This document shows, in pieces, positions 8,464 through 18,476 of a stretch of DNA of 64,000 nucleotides. Under the pieces are notes generated by a model, which was not told the DNA's origin, did not search any database, and worked only from the letters and a program-made list of their open reading frames with translations. Every line of letters starts with the position of its first letter. Within the stretch, counting starts at the first letter, position 1. A program made the position numbers and the translations under genes. This stretch comes from Ignavibacteriota bacterium (GTDB lineage Bacteria; Bacteroidota; Ignavibacteria; UBA10030; SZUA-254): NCBI GenBank assembly GCA_016212665.1, contig JACREZ010000002.1:15509-79508 (forward strand). The letters are read 5' to 3'.

Positions 8464-11400
8464 ATGAAACGATTCTTTCTCCTTGCCACCTCCCTTTCCT
8501 GTTTTCTTGCAACATTAGTCTTGTTGTTTACAAGTACTCAAATGCAATTTGTACAAGTTCATCAACCGCAAAAGACCGGGCGTTCGGGCGCACTTGAAGC
8601 GTTGGAATTCTGGACGGCATCGCGCGCCTATCCTGATGCCGATATTTCATCTAACAAATTTTACAGCGGATTTGAACAATCAAAAAAATGGATGAAGGAA
8701 ATTCCCAACACGCCATTCTCTGATTACGATTGGCAATTCATTGGACCGGTGAATCTTGCCGGACGAACGATTGCACTCGCACTGAATCCCATTAATGGAA
8801 ATACCTTATGGGCAGGTTCTGCAAGCGGCGGGTTGTGGCGTTCGCCTACAGGCGGTGTCGGAGGAAATTGGGAACGAGTGAAGATTGGCTATCCGGTTCT
8901 TGGTGTGAATGCAGTTGCGATAGATAAAAATGATACGAACACAATTTATATCGGAACGGGAGAAGTGTATCGTTATGTCGCGGCTTCGGGTGGAACCGTT
9001 ATTCGAACAACACGTGGAAGTTACGGCATGGGAATTTTGAAAACGACTGACAATGGTGAGACATGGACAAAGGTGTTGGATTGGTCATACAATCAACAAC
9101 AAGGCGTACAAGTTATTAAAATTAATCCGCTAAACTCAAATACAGTTTGGGCAGGAACAACAGCCGGAGTTTATAAAAGCACAGACGCTGGCTTGACTTG
9201 GACAAACACTGTCGCTCTCCCGGCAATGGATTTAGTTGTTCATCTAACTGATTCAAATAAAGTCATTGCTTCTTGTGGTAACTTTGGGTATGCAGCCACG
9301 GTCATTCGTACTTCCGATGGCGGAATGAATTGGGAGAATCTGATTTTTCCTGACTATCTGGGAAAAACAATGCTGGGAATTTCGGAATCAAATCCTGATA
9401 TAGTGTATGCAAGTGTCGGTGATGACAGCACAAACGGAACAGGTTCGCTCTGGAAAACCACAGATTTCGGTTTGAGTTGGAACGAACAAAGCAATAGTTC
9501 AACACATGGCATTTGGGGTGTACAAGGTTGGTACTCGCATTATGTTGCTGTACATCCAACAACACCGGATCTGCTCGTTCATGCAGTCGTTGGAATGGGA
9601 CGTTCTACGAATGGTGGAGTTAATTTTTCCGGCGCATCTTCTTATTCAGACCATCATGCATTCGCACTTCATCCAACCAATCCGAATATATTATATGATG
9701 CAAATGACAACGGGATTTACCGTTCGACAAATTTCGGACAGTCATTTGTTCACGTAAGCAGTGGTTACAACACAGGGCAATTCTATAACGGCTTTTCAAA
9801 TTCAACAACTGATTCATTACTCTCCATCGGACAAGTGCAAGACCATATCCCCGGGTATATGTACTCCGGCAGTACAAATTGGACTCGAAGCGCAATGGAT
9901 GAAGTCGGCTGGACAGGAATTAATCCTTCAAATGATAATATCATGTATGCTGCTTGGAGAGGCGGGAGTAATATTTATCGTTCTACAAATCGCGGCGTTT
10001 CGTTTTCAAATGTGCAAAGTTTTGGAACGACCGGCGCATGGAACGCGCCTTTTGTTATTGCTCCCTCAAATTCGAGTGTAGTTTATTTTGGAAAACAAAA
10101 AGTCTATAAAACGACAGACGGCGGCACAAGTTGGACAGCGACTAACAGCAATACGAATATTGATGGAAACCCAACGCTCTCGATGGGAATTTCAAAAACA
10201 AACGATAATGTCGTGTACATCGGAACCGCGCCATACACAACACGAGCGCAAGTTTGGAAGACGGTGAACGGAGGAACAAGTTGGCAAAACATTACCGGCA
10301 CACTCCCCGACCGGTATCCGAATGATATTACTGTAGACCCGAATAATTCCAACTCGGCGTATATTGCTTTTGGCGGATTTGGAACAGGGCATTTTTATAA
10401 AACAACCGATGGCGGCACTTCATGGACAAACATCACCGGAATTTTACCGGATGTTCCCGGCACGGCTGTAATGGTTGACCCGTTGAATTCAAATAATGTA
10501 TTTGCGGGAAATGATATCGGAGTGTTTATTTCGACTGATGCCGGTACCACATGGAATAATTTTTCTGACGGATTACCCGATGCGGTTCTTGTTTCGGATA
10601 TTACATATTCTCCATCCAATCGTATCCTCCGTGTTGCTACACATGGCAATGGCGTATTTGAGCGAAAACTTCCTTCTGCCTTTCCTTCTGTGTTTTTGAA
10701 TTTTCCCAATGGAAACGAATTATGGGAAGCAACTTCAACTCAATTAATTGAATGGTCACCATTGGTCGTTTCAAATGTAAATTTGGAATACTCAACCGAT
10801 AACGGTTCTTCATGGATAACAATTGCAGATAATGTTCCTTCTACACCGTCAAATTACACATGGAATGTTCCTACAACATTAACAACCTCTGCTTTGATAA
10901 AAATAAGTTCAGCAGAAAATCCGGCTGTCTTTGATTTGTCTGATGCATCATTCACAATTTATTTCGCAGGCGCGATTGTTTCTCCAAGCGCGGGATGGAA
11001 TCTTGTTTCCCTACCTTTAACGTTTGAAGACCGAAGAAAGACAACCCTCTTCCCGACAGCTGTTTCATCGGCGATTGAGTTCAACGGTTCTTATAATCAA
11101 AAAGATACCTTGCTCAACGGAATCGGGTACTGGCTAAAGTTTAGTGAATCGCAAGCAGTTATTATGCGCGGAGATTCGGTACATTCAGATACGATAGAAA
11201 TTCAAGAAGGATGGAACATCATCGGGGGAATCAGTTCTCCGGTTTCTGTTTCATCAATCATCGAAGAACCATCGAATTTGCTCTCAACGGATTTCTTCGC
11301 ATATAATTATGGTTATGAAAACGCGCTTACAATTGAGCCGGGGAAAGGATATTGGGTGAAAGCAAATTCAAGCGGAATAATAATTCTGAATGATGCTTTA

Positions 11401-12084
11401 ACATTCCAACATTCTTCACACAAACAGGATTATCAAACCACATGCAATCGTCTTACGATTCGTGATGCGAGAGGAAATAAGCAAATCTTGTATTTTGGCA
11501 ACGCAAATCAACAAGTGAACAACCAAAGCGCAGAACTTCCTCCTTTGCCTCCTGCCGGAATATTTGATGTTCGTTTTACGTCACAACAATCTCTTGCATT
11601 GGCTGATGAAAACGGACACTCGAAGTTCCCTATTCATTTATCCTCTGTACACTATCCGATTACAATTTCTTGGGAAATAATTGAGAAGAATTCTATAAAC
11701 TGGATGTTACATTCAAATGGAAATATTTTTGTACTTGATGGAACAGGTTCCACTATTTTATCTGAGGAAGAAACAAGTAACCTTCAATTACAGGCTGAAG
11801 TAAACGCCATTGCAATTCCGGCACAAACCCGGTTGCTCCAGAACTTCCCGAATCCGTTCAACCCGCAAACGACAATTCGATTTGAACTTGGGGAAAAATC
11901 ATTCGTTACTGTAAAAATCTTTGACGCACTTGGACGGCAGGTTGCCAATCTGATTGAAAACGAGTTGGAATCCGGCTACCATGAAGTTACTTGGAACGCC
12001 ACTGAATATCCTTCAGGAATATATATTGTTCAACTTCAGAACAGTAATCTTTCATTCCAAACAAGGATTCTGCTCTTAAAGTAG
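8464..12084 (+). CDS. Large secreted protein: Asp-box (BNR) / sortilin-like beta-propeller repeats with a T9SS C-terminal sorting domain
   Basis: Signal peptide MKRFFLLATSLSCFLATLVLLF. Multiple S/T-x-D-x-G-x-T-W Asp-box motifs (TDNGETWT, STDAGLTWT, TSDGGMNW, TTDGGTSWT repeated). The C-terminus FPNPFNPQTTIRFEL...GIYIVQL is a Por_Secre_tail-type domain. Confidence 0.85.
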   Translation: MKRFFLLATSLSCFLATLVLLFTSTQMQFVQVHQPQKTGRSGALEALEFWTASRAYPDADISSNKFYSGFEQSKKWMKEIPNTPFSDYDWQFIGPVNLAGRTIALALNPINGNTLWAGSASGGLWRSPTGGVGGNWERVKIGYPVLGVNAVAIDKNDTNTIYIGTGEVYRYVAASGGTVIRTTRGSYGMGILKTTDNGETWTKVLDWSYNQQQGVQVIKINPLNSNTVWAGTTAGVYKSTDAGLTWTNTVALPAMDLVVHLTDSNKVIASCGNFGYAATVIRTSDGGMNWENLIFPDYLGKTMLGISESNPDIVYASVGDDSTNGTGSLWKTTDFGLSWNEQSNSSTHGIWGVQGWYSHYVAVHPTTPDLLVHAVVGMGRSTNGGVNFSGASSYSDHHAFALHPTNPNILYDANDNGIYRSTNFGQSFVHVSSGYNTGQFYNGFSNSTTDSLLSIGQVQDHIPGYMYSGSTNWTRSAMDEVGWTGINPSNDNIMYAAWRGGSNIYRSTNRGVSFSNVQSFGTTGAWNAPFVIAPSNSSVVYFGKQKVYKTTDGGTSWTATNSNTNIDGNPTLSMGISKTNDNVVYIGTAPYTTRAQVWKTVNGGTSWQNITGTLPDRYPNDITVDPNNSNSAYIAFGGFGTGHFYKTTDGGTSWTNITGILPDVPGTAVMVDPLNSNNVFAGNDIGVFISTDAGTTWNNFSDGLPDAVLVSDITYSPSNRILRVATHGNGVFERKLPSAFPSVFLNFPNGNELWEATSTQLIEWSPLVVSNVNLEYSTDNGSSWITIADNVPSTPSNYTWNVPTTLTTSALIKISSAENPAVFDLSDASFTIYFAGAIVSPSAGWNLVSLPLTFEDRRKTTLFPTAVSSAIEFNGSYNQKDTLLNGIGYWLKFSESQAVIMRGDSVHSDTIEIQEGWNIIGGISSPVSVSSIIEEPSNLLSTDFFAYNYGYENALTIEPGKGYWVKANSSGIIILNDALTFQHSSHKQDYQTTCNRLTIRDARGNKQILYFGNANQQVNNQSAELPPLPPAGIFDVRFTSQQSLALADENGHSKFPIHLSSVHYPITISWEIIEKNSINWMLHSNGNIFVLDGTGSTILSEEETSNLQLQAEVNAIAIPAQTRLLQNFPNPFNPQTTIRFELGEKSFVTVKIFDALGRQVANLIENELESGYHEVTWNATEYPSGIYIVQLQNSNLSFQTRILLLK

Positions 12085-12222
12085 TGATTTGACGCACCCG
12101 TACAGGGGAGTCTATTGACTTATTATCAGATATTATCTTATATTTACCTCGGATTTTATCAGGAATACTTTTTAGGATAATTTCCTTAATAATTAGGGTT
12201 TATTTATAGAAAAAGCACAGCT

Positions 12223-12813
12223 ATGGGTAATAACATATTAATTACGGTCGGCTCTCTCATTGTTTTGGGATTGTTCACCTTATCATCGAATACGATGATA
12301 ACGCAGAATACCCAAATAATGTTACAGAGTGAACATTATATCACTGCAATTGCGCTCGCTCAGTCTGTTATTGACGAAGCGAAAACCAAATCGTTCGATG
12401 AAAAGAGCACGAACAAGAACATTGTAAAGCCGGAATCCTTAACTACGTCCACCAATTTTGGAAGCGATGGGACAGGAGAACTTGTTGGCGTTGACTATGT
12501 GGATTTATACACGGAAAAAAAAGAATTTCAAGAGCGAACAACATATTACCTCAAAGAGCAAATTCTCCCATCATCTTCTACCCCCCAATCACAACTCAGG
12601 TTCGATGATGTTGATGATTACAATTATTACACACGCGTAGTGAGAACCCCGAGCAGTGGAATGGATACCATTCGCACGTCGGTTACGTACGCAAGTGTCA
12701 CGTATCCGGATTCAAGTAAAACAACGGCATCATTTTGTAAAAAAATGAAGGTTGTTATTTCCGGTCAATACTTGCCAAGACCCTTTGTCATGGAATATGC
12801 TTATATCTATTGA
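12223..12813 (+). CDS. Pilin-like protein (N-terminal TM helix plus beta-rich domain); possible minor pseudopilin, PilV/FimT-like
   Basis: N-terminal hydrophobic segment NILITVGSLIVLGLFTL followed by a soluble domain. It is the first of three consecutive similar genes. There is no GFxxxE prepilin motif. Confidence 0.4.
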   Translation: MGNNILITVGSLIVLGLFTLSSNTMITQNTQIMLQSEHYITAIALAQSVIDEAKTKSFDEKSTNKNIVKPESLTTSTNFGSDGTGELVGVDYVDLYTEKKEFQERTTYYLKEQILPSSSTPQSQLRFDDVDDYNYYTRVVRTPSSGMDTIRTSVTYASVTYPDSSKTTASFCKKMKVVISGQYLPRPFVMEYAYIY

Positions 12814-12822
12814 GGTCATGCT

Positions 12823-13398
12823 ATGAGTACTATGCTCGATATCATCGGTTCGATTATCATTGGCGGTGTTGTAATGCTGATGGTGTTAAATGTAAACTCG
12901 AACTTTGTAACGCTGCAAGGAAAACAAGCCCTCTCAAAAGTAGTACAATCCAATGCAACTGCCGCGGCTGAACTTGTCGAACATGATTTCCGTAAAATCG
13001 GTTATCGCTGTACCGATTCTATAAAACTTAGTCTTATGGATTCAAGTAGGATTACCGCACTCGGTGATTTTGATGACAACGGCTCCATTGATAGCATCAG
13101 ATACTACTTCGACAATGTAACTCCTGTGTACGCATCACCTGCGAATAAAGATATACGGATGCTGTACCGGGTCTTTAATAACCAGGTTCCCTCTCCTATT
13201 AATTTAGGATTTACACGATTTCGACTCTGGTATTTTGATTCATCTGAAAGTGAAACATCTGTTCGTTCAAATGTCCGTTCAATAAAAGTCGCATTTCAAT
13301 TTGCGAGTCCTTACAAATATGAAACCACTGCTCAGTACGATACAAATTTTTACACGTTGTATTGGGAGCGTATTGTTAAACCAAAAAATTTAAAGTGA
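12823..13398 (+). CDS. PilW/GspJ-like minor pilin-like protein
   Basis: N-terminal TM segment DIIGSIIIGGVVMLMVL. The C-terminal motif RSNVRSIKVAFQF resembles the conserved IRSVRITL-type C-terminus of PilW/GspJ minor pilins. Confidence 0.45.
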   Translation: MSTMLDIIGSIIIGGVVMLMVLNVNSNFVTLQGKQALSKVVQSNATAAAELVEHDFRKIGYRCTDSIKLSLMDSSRITALGDFDDNGSIDSIRYYFDNVTPVYASPANKDIRMLYRVFNNQVPSPINLGFTRFRLWYFDSSESETSVRSNVRSIKVAFQFASPYKYETTAQYDTNFYTLYWERIVKPKNLK

Positions 13399-13401
13399 TT
13401 T

Positions 13402-14541
13402 ATGCAAGGTCGTTCATTAGCAATAATACTTAGTGGAGTGATTGCAATCGGAAGTTACATTCAGTACAACATGTTGCAATCGAATAAGCGTCTAACCGAA
13501 AATGTACTCAACTACACTTCACGCCAGACGGCACAGAACATTGCGCAGACAGGCGTTTATATGGGACTCAGGAAACTTGCTGAAAACCGAAATTGGCGCG
13601 CAGGATATAAGAACCTCCCTTTAATGGGTGGAAATCTAACCGTAAGAATTGTTGACACAGTCTTTAATGGTAAAAATGTAATTGGAGTACTTGCCAGCGC
13701 AAAGATGCCTTACAGTACATGGACCGATTCTTCAGAACGATTGCCGGACACTGTCGGGAATAGTCGTGCATATCTTCCCAAAGGGTTTATCCCGGCATCA
13801 GTCAAAGCCGCAATTACCGCAAACAATCCCATTGTAACCTTAGGAACTCTAACCACCGACGGAAGAGACCACGATCTCGAAGGTTCTAAAATGATTCCGA
13901 ATCAAGGAACACTTGGGATATGGACTACGAAAACGTATGACCAAAGAGGCGATTCACATACAGGAGGTACTGATTCCGCGTCACGTGTTGATTATGAACC
14001 GGATAAACCTGCTCATGTGAAAACTTTCAAAACATTCGGTGTTTGGCCCGGCGGTTACCCCGGAACTCCCGATAGTATTCTCGGCGGACCATCAATGGGA
14101 TTTCCTGAAGGAACACTGAAAGCTATTGCAATGAGCGGAATAAACGGTAGTCAATATACGACGAACCCGGCAACGCTTAAGTATCCCCTCAGTGGTGTGA
14201 CGTATGTTGAGTTAGCGAACGCGGGGAGATGGATAGCGGCGGATGTTGAGGGTGAAGGAATTTTAGTTGTGCACAATGCATGGAAGAATGCCAGTATCGA
14301 AGAATGGAAAACGAAACAAACATTTAGAGGGTTAGTCATTTGCGATGACCCCTATCGAATACATTCGACAGTAGTTGGCGCTATCGTAGGGTTATCACCC
14401 TCCATCTCGCGTGGTAATTGTATTGGAAATGGAACCGGAAATATTCTTTTTTCAAATGAAGCAATTGCGACCGCAACAGGTTCTATCATTGGTAATGCCG
14501 GAGGTCCGTGCGATGCTCAAGTCCTTGCATGGTGGGAATAA
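13402..14541 (+). CDS. PilX_N-like protein (type IV pilus minor pilin PilX-like)
   Basis: QGRSLAIILSGVIAIG followed by TSRQTAQNIAQTGVYMGL resembles the PilX_N consensus (QRGxALvvaL...AfqAAEAGL). The protein is 379 aa. Confidence 0.45.
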   Translation: MQGRSLAIILSGVIAIGSYIQYNMLQSNKRLTENVLNYTSRQTAQNIAQTGVYMGLRKLAENRNWRAGYKNLPLMGGNLTVRIVDTVFNGKNVIGVLASAKMPYSTWTDSSERLPDTVGNSRAYLPKGFIPASVKAAITANNPIVTLGTLTTDGRDHDLEGSKMIPNQGTLGIWTTKTYDQRGDSHTGGTDSASRVDYEPDKPAHVKTFKTFGVWPGGYPGTPDSILGGPSMGFPEGTLKAIAMSGINGSQYTTNPATLKYPLSGVTYVELANAGRWIAADVEGEGILVVHNAWKNASIEEWKTKQTFRGLVICDDPYRIHSTVVGAIVGLSPSISRGNCIGNGTGNILFSNEAIATATGSIIGNAGGPCDAQVLAWWE

Positions 14542-14583
14542 TATTTTTGTAATTTATTTGTCACTTATTAGGGTACTCATATT

Positions 14584-15534
14584 ATGAAAAAAACAATTCA
14601 ATTCATTTCAAGCATCATTCTTCTCTCTTTGTTGTTCACTTCTTTGAGTATATCTCAGGATGTCTGGAAAAAAACAGGGGGACCGAACGCAGGCTATGTC
14701 TTCTCTCTCGCATTAGATTCCAGCGGGCATATCTTTGCAGGAACAGGGGCAAACGGTGTTTTCCATTTAGTTCCCGGCGCTTCATGGAAACAAATCAGTT
14801 CTGAACTCTCGAATTCTGTTGCGTACGCAGTTGCTGTTGATTTTGACGGACACTTATTTACCGGAACCGATGACGGTGTTTACATGTCGAAAGATGATGG
14901 AGGAAAATGGTCTGAAGTAAGTTCAGGTTTGAAGAACACTTACATCAATTGCATGACGGTTAACAGAACCAAGGAAATTATCTTCGCAGGAACGGCAGGT
15001 GGCGGAGTTTTTCGCTCATTTGATGGTGGATATACTTGGAAGGAAGGTAACAGCGGACTTGACGATAAGGTTGTTTTATGTTTGTCTTTTGATAAAGATG
15101 GTCACATTTACGCTGGAACAGACAAAATGGGAATTTTTCGTTCTGCAGACAACGGGAGCACATGGCAAAATGTCAGTTCAGGATTACCTGTTGCAAGTAT
15201 TCTATCGTTGACTGTAAATAATAAAAATATGATTTTTGCAGGTACGCGAGAGGGATTATATCGCTCTCAGAGCGATGGAAGAACATGGTCAAAACTTACC
15301 AAGGGACTGCAAGCTACCTCTTTTTATTCACTGACATTTTGCAAGCATGGAACCACGTATGTGGGTACAGATAAAGGAATCTTTCGTTCGGAAGATAATG
15401 GTGATTCCTGGGAAACAGATGAAATCGGGATCCCGGATGTTGCTATAATATCGATGGTGACGGACGATAGAGACTACATCTACGCAGGAACCGACAAAGG
15501 GGAAGTCTTCTTTCATACATTTGAAGACCATTAA
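14584..15534 (+). CDS. Secreted 6-7-bladed Asp-box (BNR) beta-propeller protein
   Basis: Signal peptide MKKTIQFISSIILLSLLFTSLSIS. Roughly 47-aa repeats each contain a FRSxDxGxTW motif (SKDDGGKWS, SFDGGYTWK, SADNGSTWQ, SQSDGRTWS, SEDNGDSWE). Confidence 0.75.
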   Translation: MKKTIQFISSIILLSLLFTSLSISQDVWKKTGGPNAGYVFSLALDSSGHIFAGTGANGVFHLVPGASWKQISSELSNSVAYAVAVDFDGHLFTGTDDGVYMSKDDGGKWSEVSSGLKNTYINCMTVNRTKEIIFAGTAGGGVFRSFDGGYTWKEGNSGLDDKVVLCLSFDKDGHIYAGTDKMGIFRSADNGSTWQNVSSGLPVASILSLTVNNKNMIFAGTREGLYRSQSDGRTWSKLTKGLQATSFYSLTFCKHGTTYVGTDKGIFRSEDNGDSWETDEIGIPDVAIISMVTDDRDYIYAGTDKGEVFFHTFEDH

Positions 15535-15557
15535 AAATATTTTTTGATACCAGAAGA

Positions 15558-15594
15558 AGCGGACTACAGAACAATCTGTAGCCCGCTTTTTTTT
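15558..15594 (+). terminator. Rho-independent terminator
   Basis: agcggactacag...ctgtagcccgct followed by tttttttt. Confidence 0.75.
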
Positions 15595-15636
15595 ATGTTT
15601 CTTAATGTCACAAGAATTCCTTATACTTGCTCGCGC

Positions 15637-15972
15637 ATGAATCATCAGCGACCACATATTTTGGTTCTCTTAACGCTTTGCTTTGTCATTTCCCTTATTT
15701 GGTGTGGTGACATTAGTTGCCTTAATGGAACAAGCGAAGAGAATTGTTCTTCGTTATTGTGCAATCTTTCTGGAAATCATTCTTCAAATGCCGATAGATC
15801 GCGAAACAATAGTGTAGATAATTGTACATGTGTTTGTCACACTCCTACAGTAATAGGACAATTATGGGGTGTTACATTCCCTCTTAGTTCACAAAATTAT
15901 TTTCCTGAATTTACTTTTCACATCCCCTCATCTCCTAACCGGCTTCTTTATCGCCCGCCGTTAGCCGCGTAA
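15637..15972 (+). CDS. Hypothetical small secreted Cys-rich protein (8 Cys, including a CTCVCH cluster)
   Basis: Internal ATG of ORF 15544..15972, chosen so the CDS starts after the terminator. Signal-peptide-like HILVLLTLCFVISLIWCG followed by a Cys-rich region. Sits directly upstream of the czc operon. Confidence 0.3.
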   Translation: MNHQRPHILVLLTLCFVISLIWCGDISCLNGTSEENCSSLLCNLSGNHSSNADRSRNNSVDNCTCVCHTPTVIGQLWGVTFPLSSQNYFPEFTFHIPSSPNRLLYRPPLAA

Positions 15973-16059
15973 CTGCCTCCCCCTTTACTCGAAGTGATTC
16001 CCTCACTTTGAGCACTTTTTACTTTCACTGATTTTCAAAACTAATTAAGAGGTTTTGCC

Positions 16060-17322
16060 TTGAAAAGGTATATCCCATTTGTGGGATGGCTTTCTCTATT
16101 TTTGTTCATGCAATTGCAAGGACAAGAAGTGAAAAAGTTATCCCTGCATGATGCTCTTGAGTTTGCGCTCAAGAATAATCCTAACTTACTTAAAGCCGAG
16201 AAGGAAATTGACGCGGCGAACGGAAGAATCTTACAATCAGGAAAAATCCCCAATCCTGAATTTTCCATCGCTGTGAACGAAACTCCATCAGGCATCAATT
16301 TCGGTTCTTCAAACGAGCAGGATATTTCTCTCTCCCAGGAGATTGAGTATCCAACCAAAAGAAACTGGAGAATTGATATTGCAGTAACAGAAAAACAACT
16401 GACGCAACTTGAACTTGCCCGCACAAAGATTCTTCTCACTGGCGAAGTGAAGCAAGCATATTACCACGCTTACTTTGCTAAGAAACAAATTGACTTTCTT
16501 CAACAACAACTTGTTTTGCTCGATGACGTGCAAACAACATTGACCTCCCAATATCAAACGAACAACATCAACTACCTTGATATCATCAGAATGAAAGTCG
16601 AACGGACAAGGTTGTCAAACGATATCAACGAAGCAAGACGTGAATATCGGGTCCGGTTAAACGCTCTTACCATTCTCATCGGTTACCAATCTGATGAGAA
16701 TGTGGAAGTAAGTGATAGCATCGCATTTATGCCGGTGAAATTACAACAAGATTCCCTTGTCACCTCTTTGATGGGACAAAGCATAACGCTGAACATTGCA
16801 AAGCAATCCATTCAACGTGAGCAACAATCCCTTTCCCTTGCAAAGACAAGTTACCTGCCGGATTTCTCTGTCGGGATTTCTCACCAACGAAGGAGAGAAC
16901 TCAATGGCTTCAATAACAATCTGTGGGGAATTGAATTGAAAGCATCTCTTCCCTTCTGGTCGTGGTATGAACCGAAGGGACAGGTTGAAGAAGCAACTGC
17001 AAGAACTTCCATCGCTGAAGAAAATTTGAAAGCAGTTGAACGGAATATTCGGACTCGGATAAAGAACTCATTCGATTTTGTCCAAACAACGGAACAACAA
17101 ATTCGTTCGTTCGATGAATCACTACTCAGAGATGCCAAAGATATTCTCTCAATAGCAATAACACAATATCAGAACAACCAAATAGACATACTGAACGTGT
17201 TGGATATTTACAGAACATATCTCTCGACGAATATTGAATATGCCCGCGCGTTGCTGAACTATGCCATCGCTCTTGCTGAACTGGAAACATCGGCGGAATT
17301 ACCAAATGAACAACAATTTTGA
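16060..17322 (+). CDS. czcC: TolC-family outer membrane efflux protein (CzcC/CusC-like)
   Basis: TTG start with signal peptide MKRYIPFVGWLSLFLFMQLQG. Two coiled-coil/OEP repeats (LSLHDALEFALKNNPNLLKAEKEIDAA...). It is the first gene of an MFP-RND operon. Confidence 0.75.
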   Translation: MKRYIPFVGWLSLFLFMQLQGQEVKKLSLHDALEFALKNNPNLLKAEKEIDAANGRILQSGKIPNPEFSIAVNETPSGINFGSSNEQDISLSQEIEYPTKRNWRIDIAVTEKQLTQLELARTKILLTGEVKQAYYHAYFAKKQIDFLQQQLVLLDDVQTTLTSQYQTNNINYLDIIRMKVERTRLSNDINEARREYRVRLNALTILIGYQSDENVEVSDSIAFMPVKLQQDSLVTSLMGQSITLNIAKQSIQREQQSLSLAKTSYLPDFSVGISHQRRRELNGFNNNLWGIELKASLPFWSWYEPKGQVEEATARTSIAEENLKAVERNIRTRIKNSFDFVQTTEQQIRSFDESLLRDAKDILSIAITQYQNNQIDILNVLDIYRTYLSTNIEYARALLNYAIALAELETSAELPNEQQF

Positions 17323-17334
17323 AATGGAGTTACA

Positions 17335-18462
17335 ATGAATATCATATATCAATCTAAAATACTTCTCTCACTTCTGTTTCTTTTATTCATGCTATTGCTT
17401 GGATGTGGAAAACGGGAACAGGAACAATCGGAAATGGAACATGGGGAACACGAATCTGAATTCTCAGAAAACACGACGGTCCATCTCGATATGCACAAAG
17501 TGTATCACGCTGGAATCAAAGTGGAAACGGTGGAAAAGAAATCCGTTGCCATTCCACTGACTATCCCCGGAAAAGTCAGTTTCAATGAACGAAAGCAGGC
17601 ACACATCACCTCACGGCTCGCCGGACGCATTGAGCACGTTTATGCGTTCACGAATGATAATGTCACTGAAAGCGAAGTACTTGCCGAACTTTTCAGTCAG
17701 GAGTTTCTCACAATGCAGTCTGAATTTCTTCAAGTCGTGGCGAGATTGAACCGTCTCGGGCAATCCGGTGAAGATAACACGACAACAAAAGCGCTCTACG
17801 AGTCGTCGAAAAAGAAATTGAAAATCGTAGGTCTTACAGAAAATGAATTGAAAGAATTAGAAACATCACTAACTCCTCAATCTCTTTATCGGATTCACGC
17901 TCCGTTCAAGGGGACGGTGCTTGAGAGTAAAATCAAACTTGGTTCGTATGTTGAACTTGGAACTGAATTGTTTGATTATGCCGACCTTTCGACGGTTTGG
18001 ATTCTTGCAGATGTTTTTGAGAACAACCTTCCTTACATCAAAACAGGTATGCGCGCAACAATCGAAGTCAGCGCGTTCCCGGAAGTGTTTGAAGGAACAA
18101 TTAATTCGGTGTATAACGTCGTTGATGAAAATACGCGAACTGTTAAAGCGCGCATCGAAGTACAAAACACATCGGGAAAATTAAAACCCGAAATGTTCTG
18201 CACGGTAAAAATTCAAACATCGCTTGGGAACGAGACAATTAAGATTCCTGAAAGCGCGTTGCTCGGGGAAACAGAAAAGCATTTTGTTTTCATCGCGCTG
18301 AATGATTCAACATTTGAGAAGCGGGATGTTCGCACAGGTGTGGAAACTCGTGAATTTGCTGAAGTCATGGATGGATTACTCGTCGGTGAAAAAATAGTGG
18401 TCAAAGGCGGATTCTTTTTGAAATCCGAGTTGGCAAAAGAAACCTTTGGCGAAGAACATTAA
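17335..18462 (+). CDS. czcB: RND efflux periplasmic adaptor (HlyD/CzcB/CusB family) with an N-terminal His/Glu-rich region
   Basis: Lipoprotein signal LLFLLFMLLLGCG. His-rich stretch EMEHGEHESE. Beta-barrel, lipoyl and MP domains typical of heavy-metal MFPs. Confidence 0.8.
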   Translation: MNIIYQSKILLSLLFLLFMLLLGCGKREQEQSEMEHGEHESEFSENTTVHLDMHKVYHAGIKVETVEKKSVAIPLTIPGKVSFNERKQAHITSRLAGRIEHVYAFTNDNVTESEVLAELFSQEFLTMQSEFLQVVARLNRLGQSGEDNTTTKALYESSKKKLKIVGLTENELKELETSLTPQSLYRIHAPFKGTVLESKIKLGSYVELGTELFDYADLSTVWILADVFENNLPYIKTGMRATIEVSAFPEVFEGTINSVYNVVDENTRTVKARIEVQNTSGKLKPEMFCTVKIQTSLGNETIKIPESALLGETEKHFVFIALNDSTFEKRDVRTGVETREFAEVMDGLLVGEKIVVKGGFFLKSELAKETFGEEH

Positions 18463-18476
18463 GAGAGGAATGACTT

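Noticed and set aside
12085-12222. Canonical prepilin leader (G-F-T-L-I-E) for the first pilin-like gene via an upstream alternative start
   Set aside because: The in-frame upstream extension hits a stop after 9 codons and contains no prepilin motif. The genes remain non-canonical.
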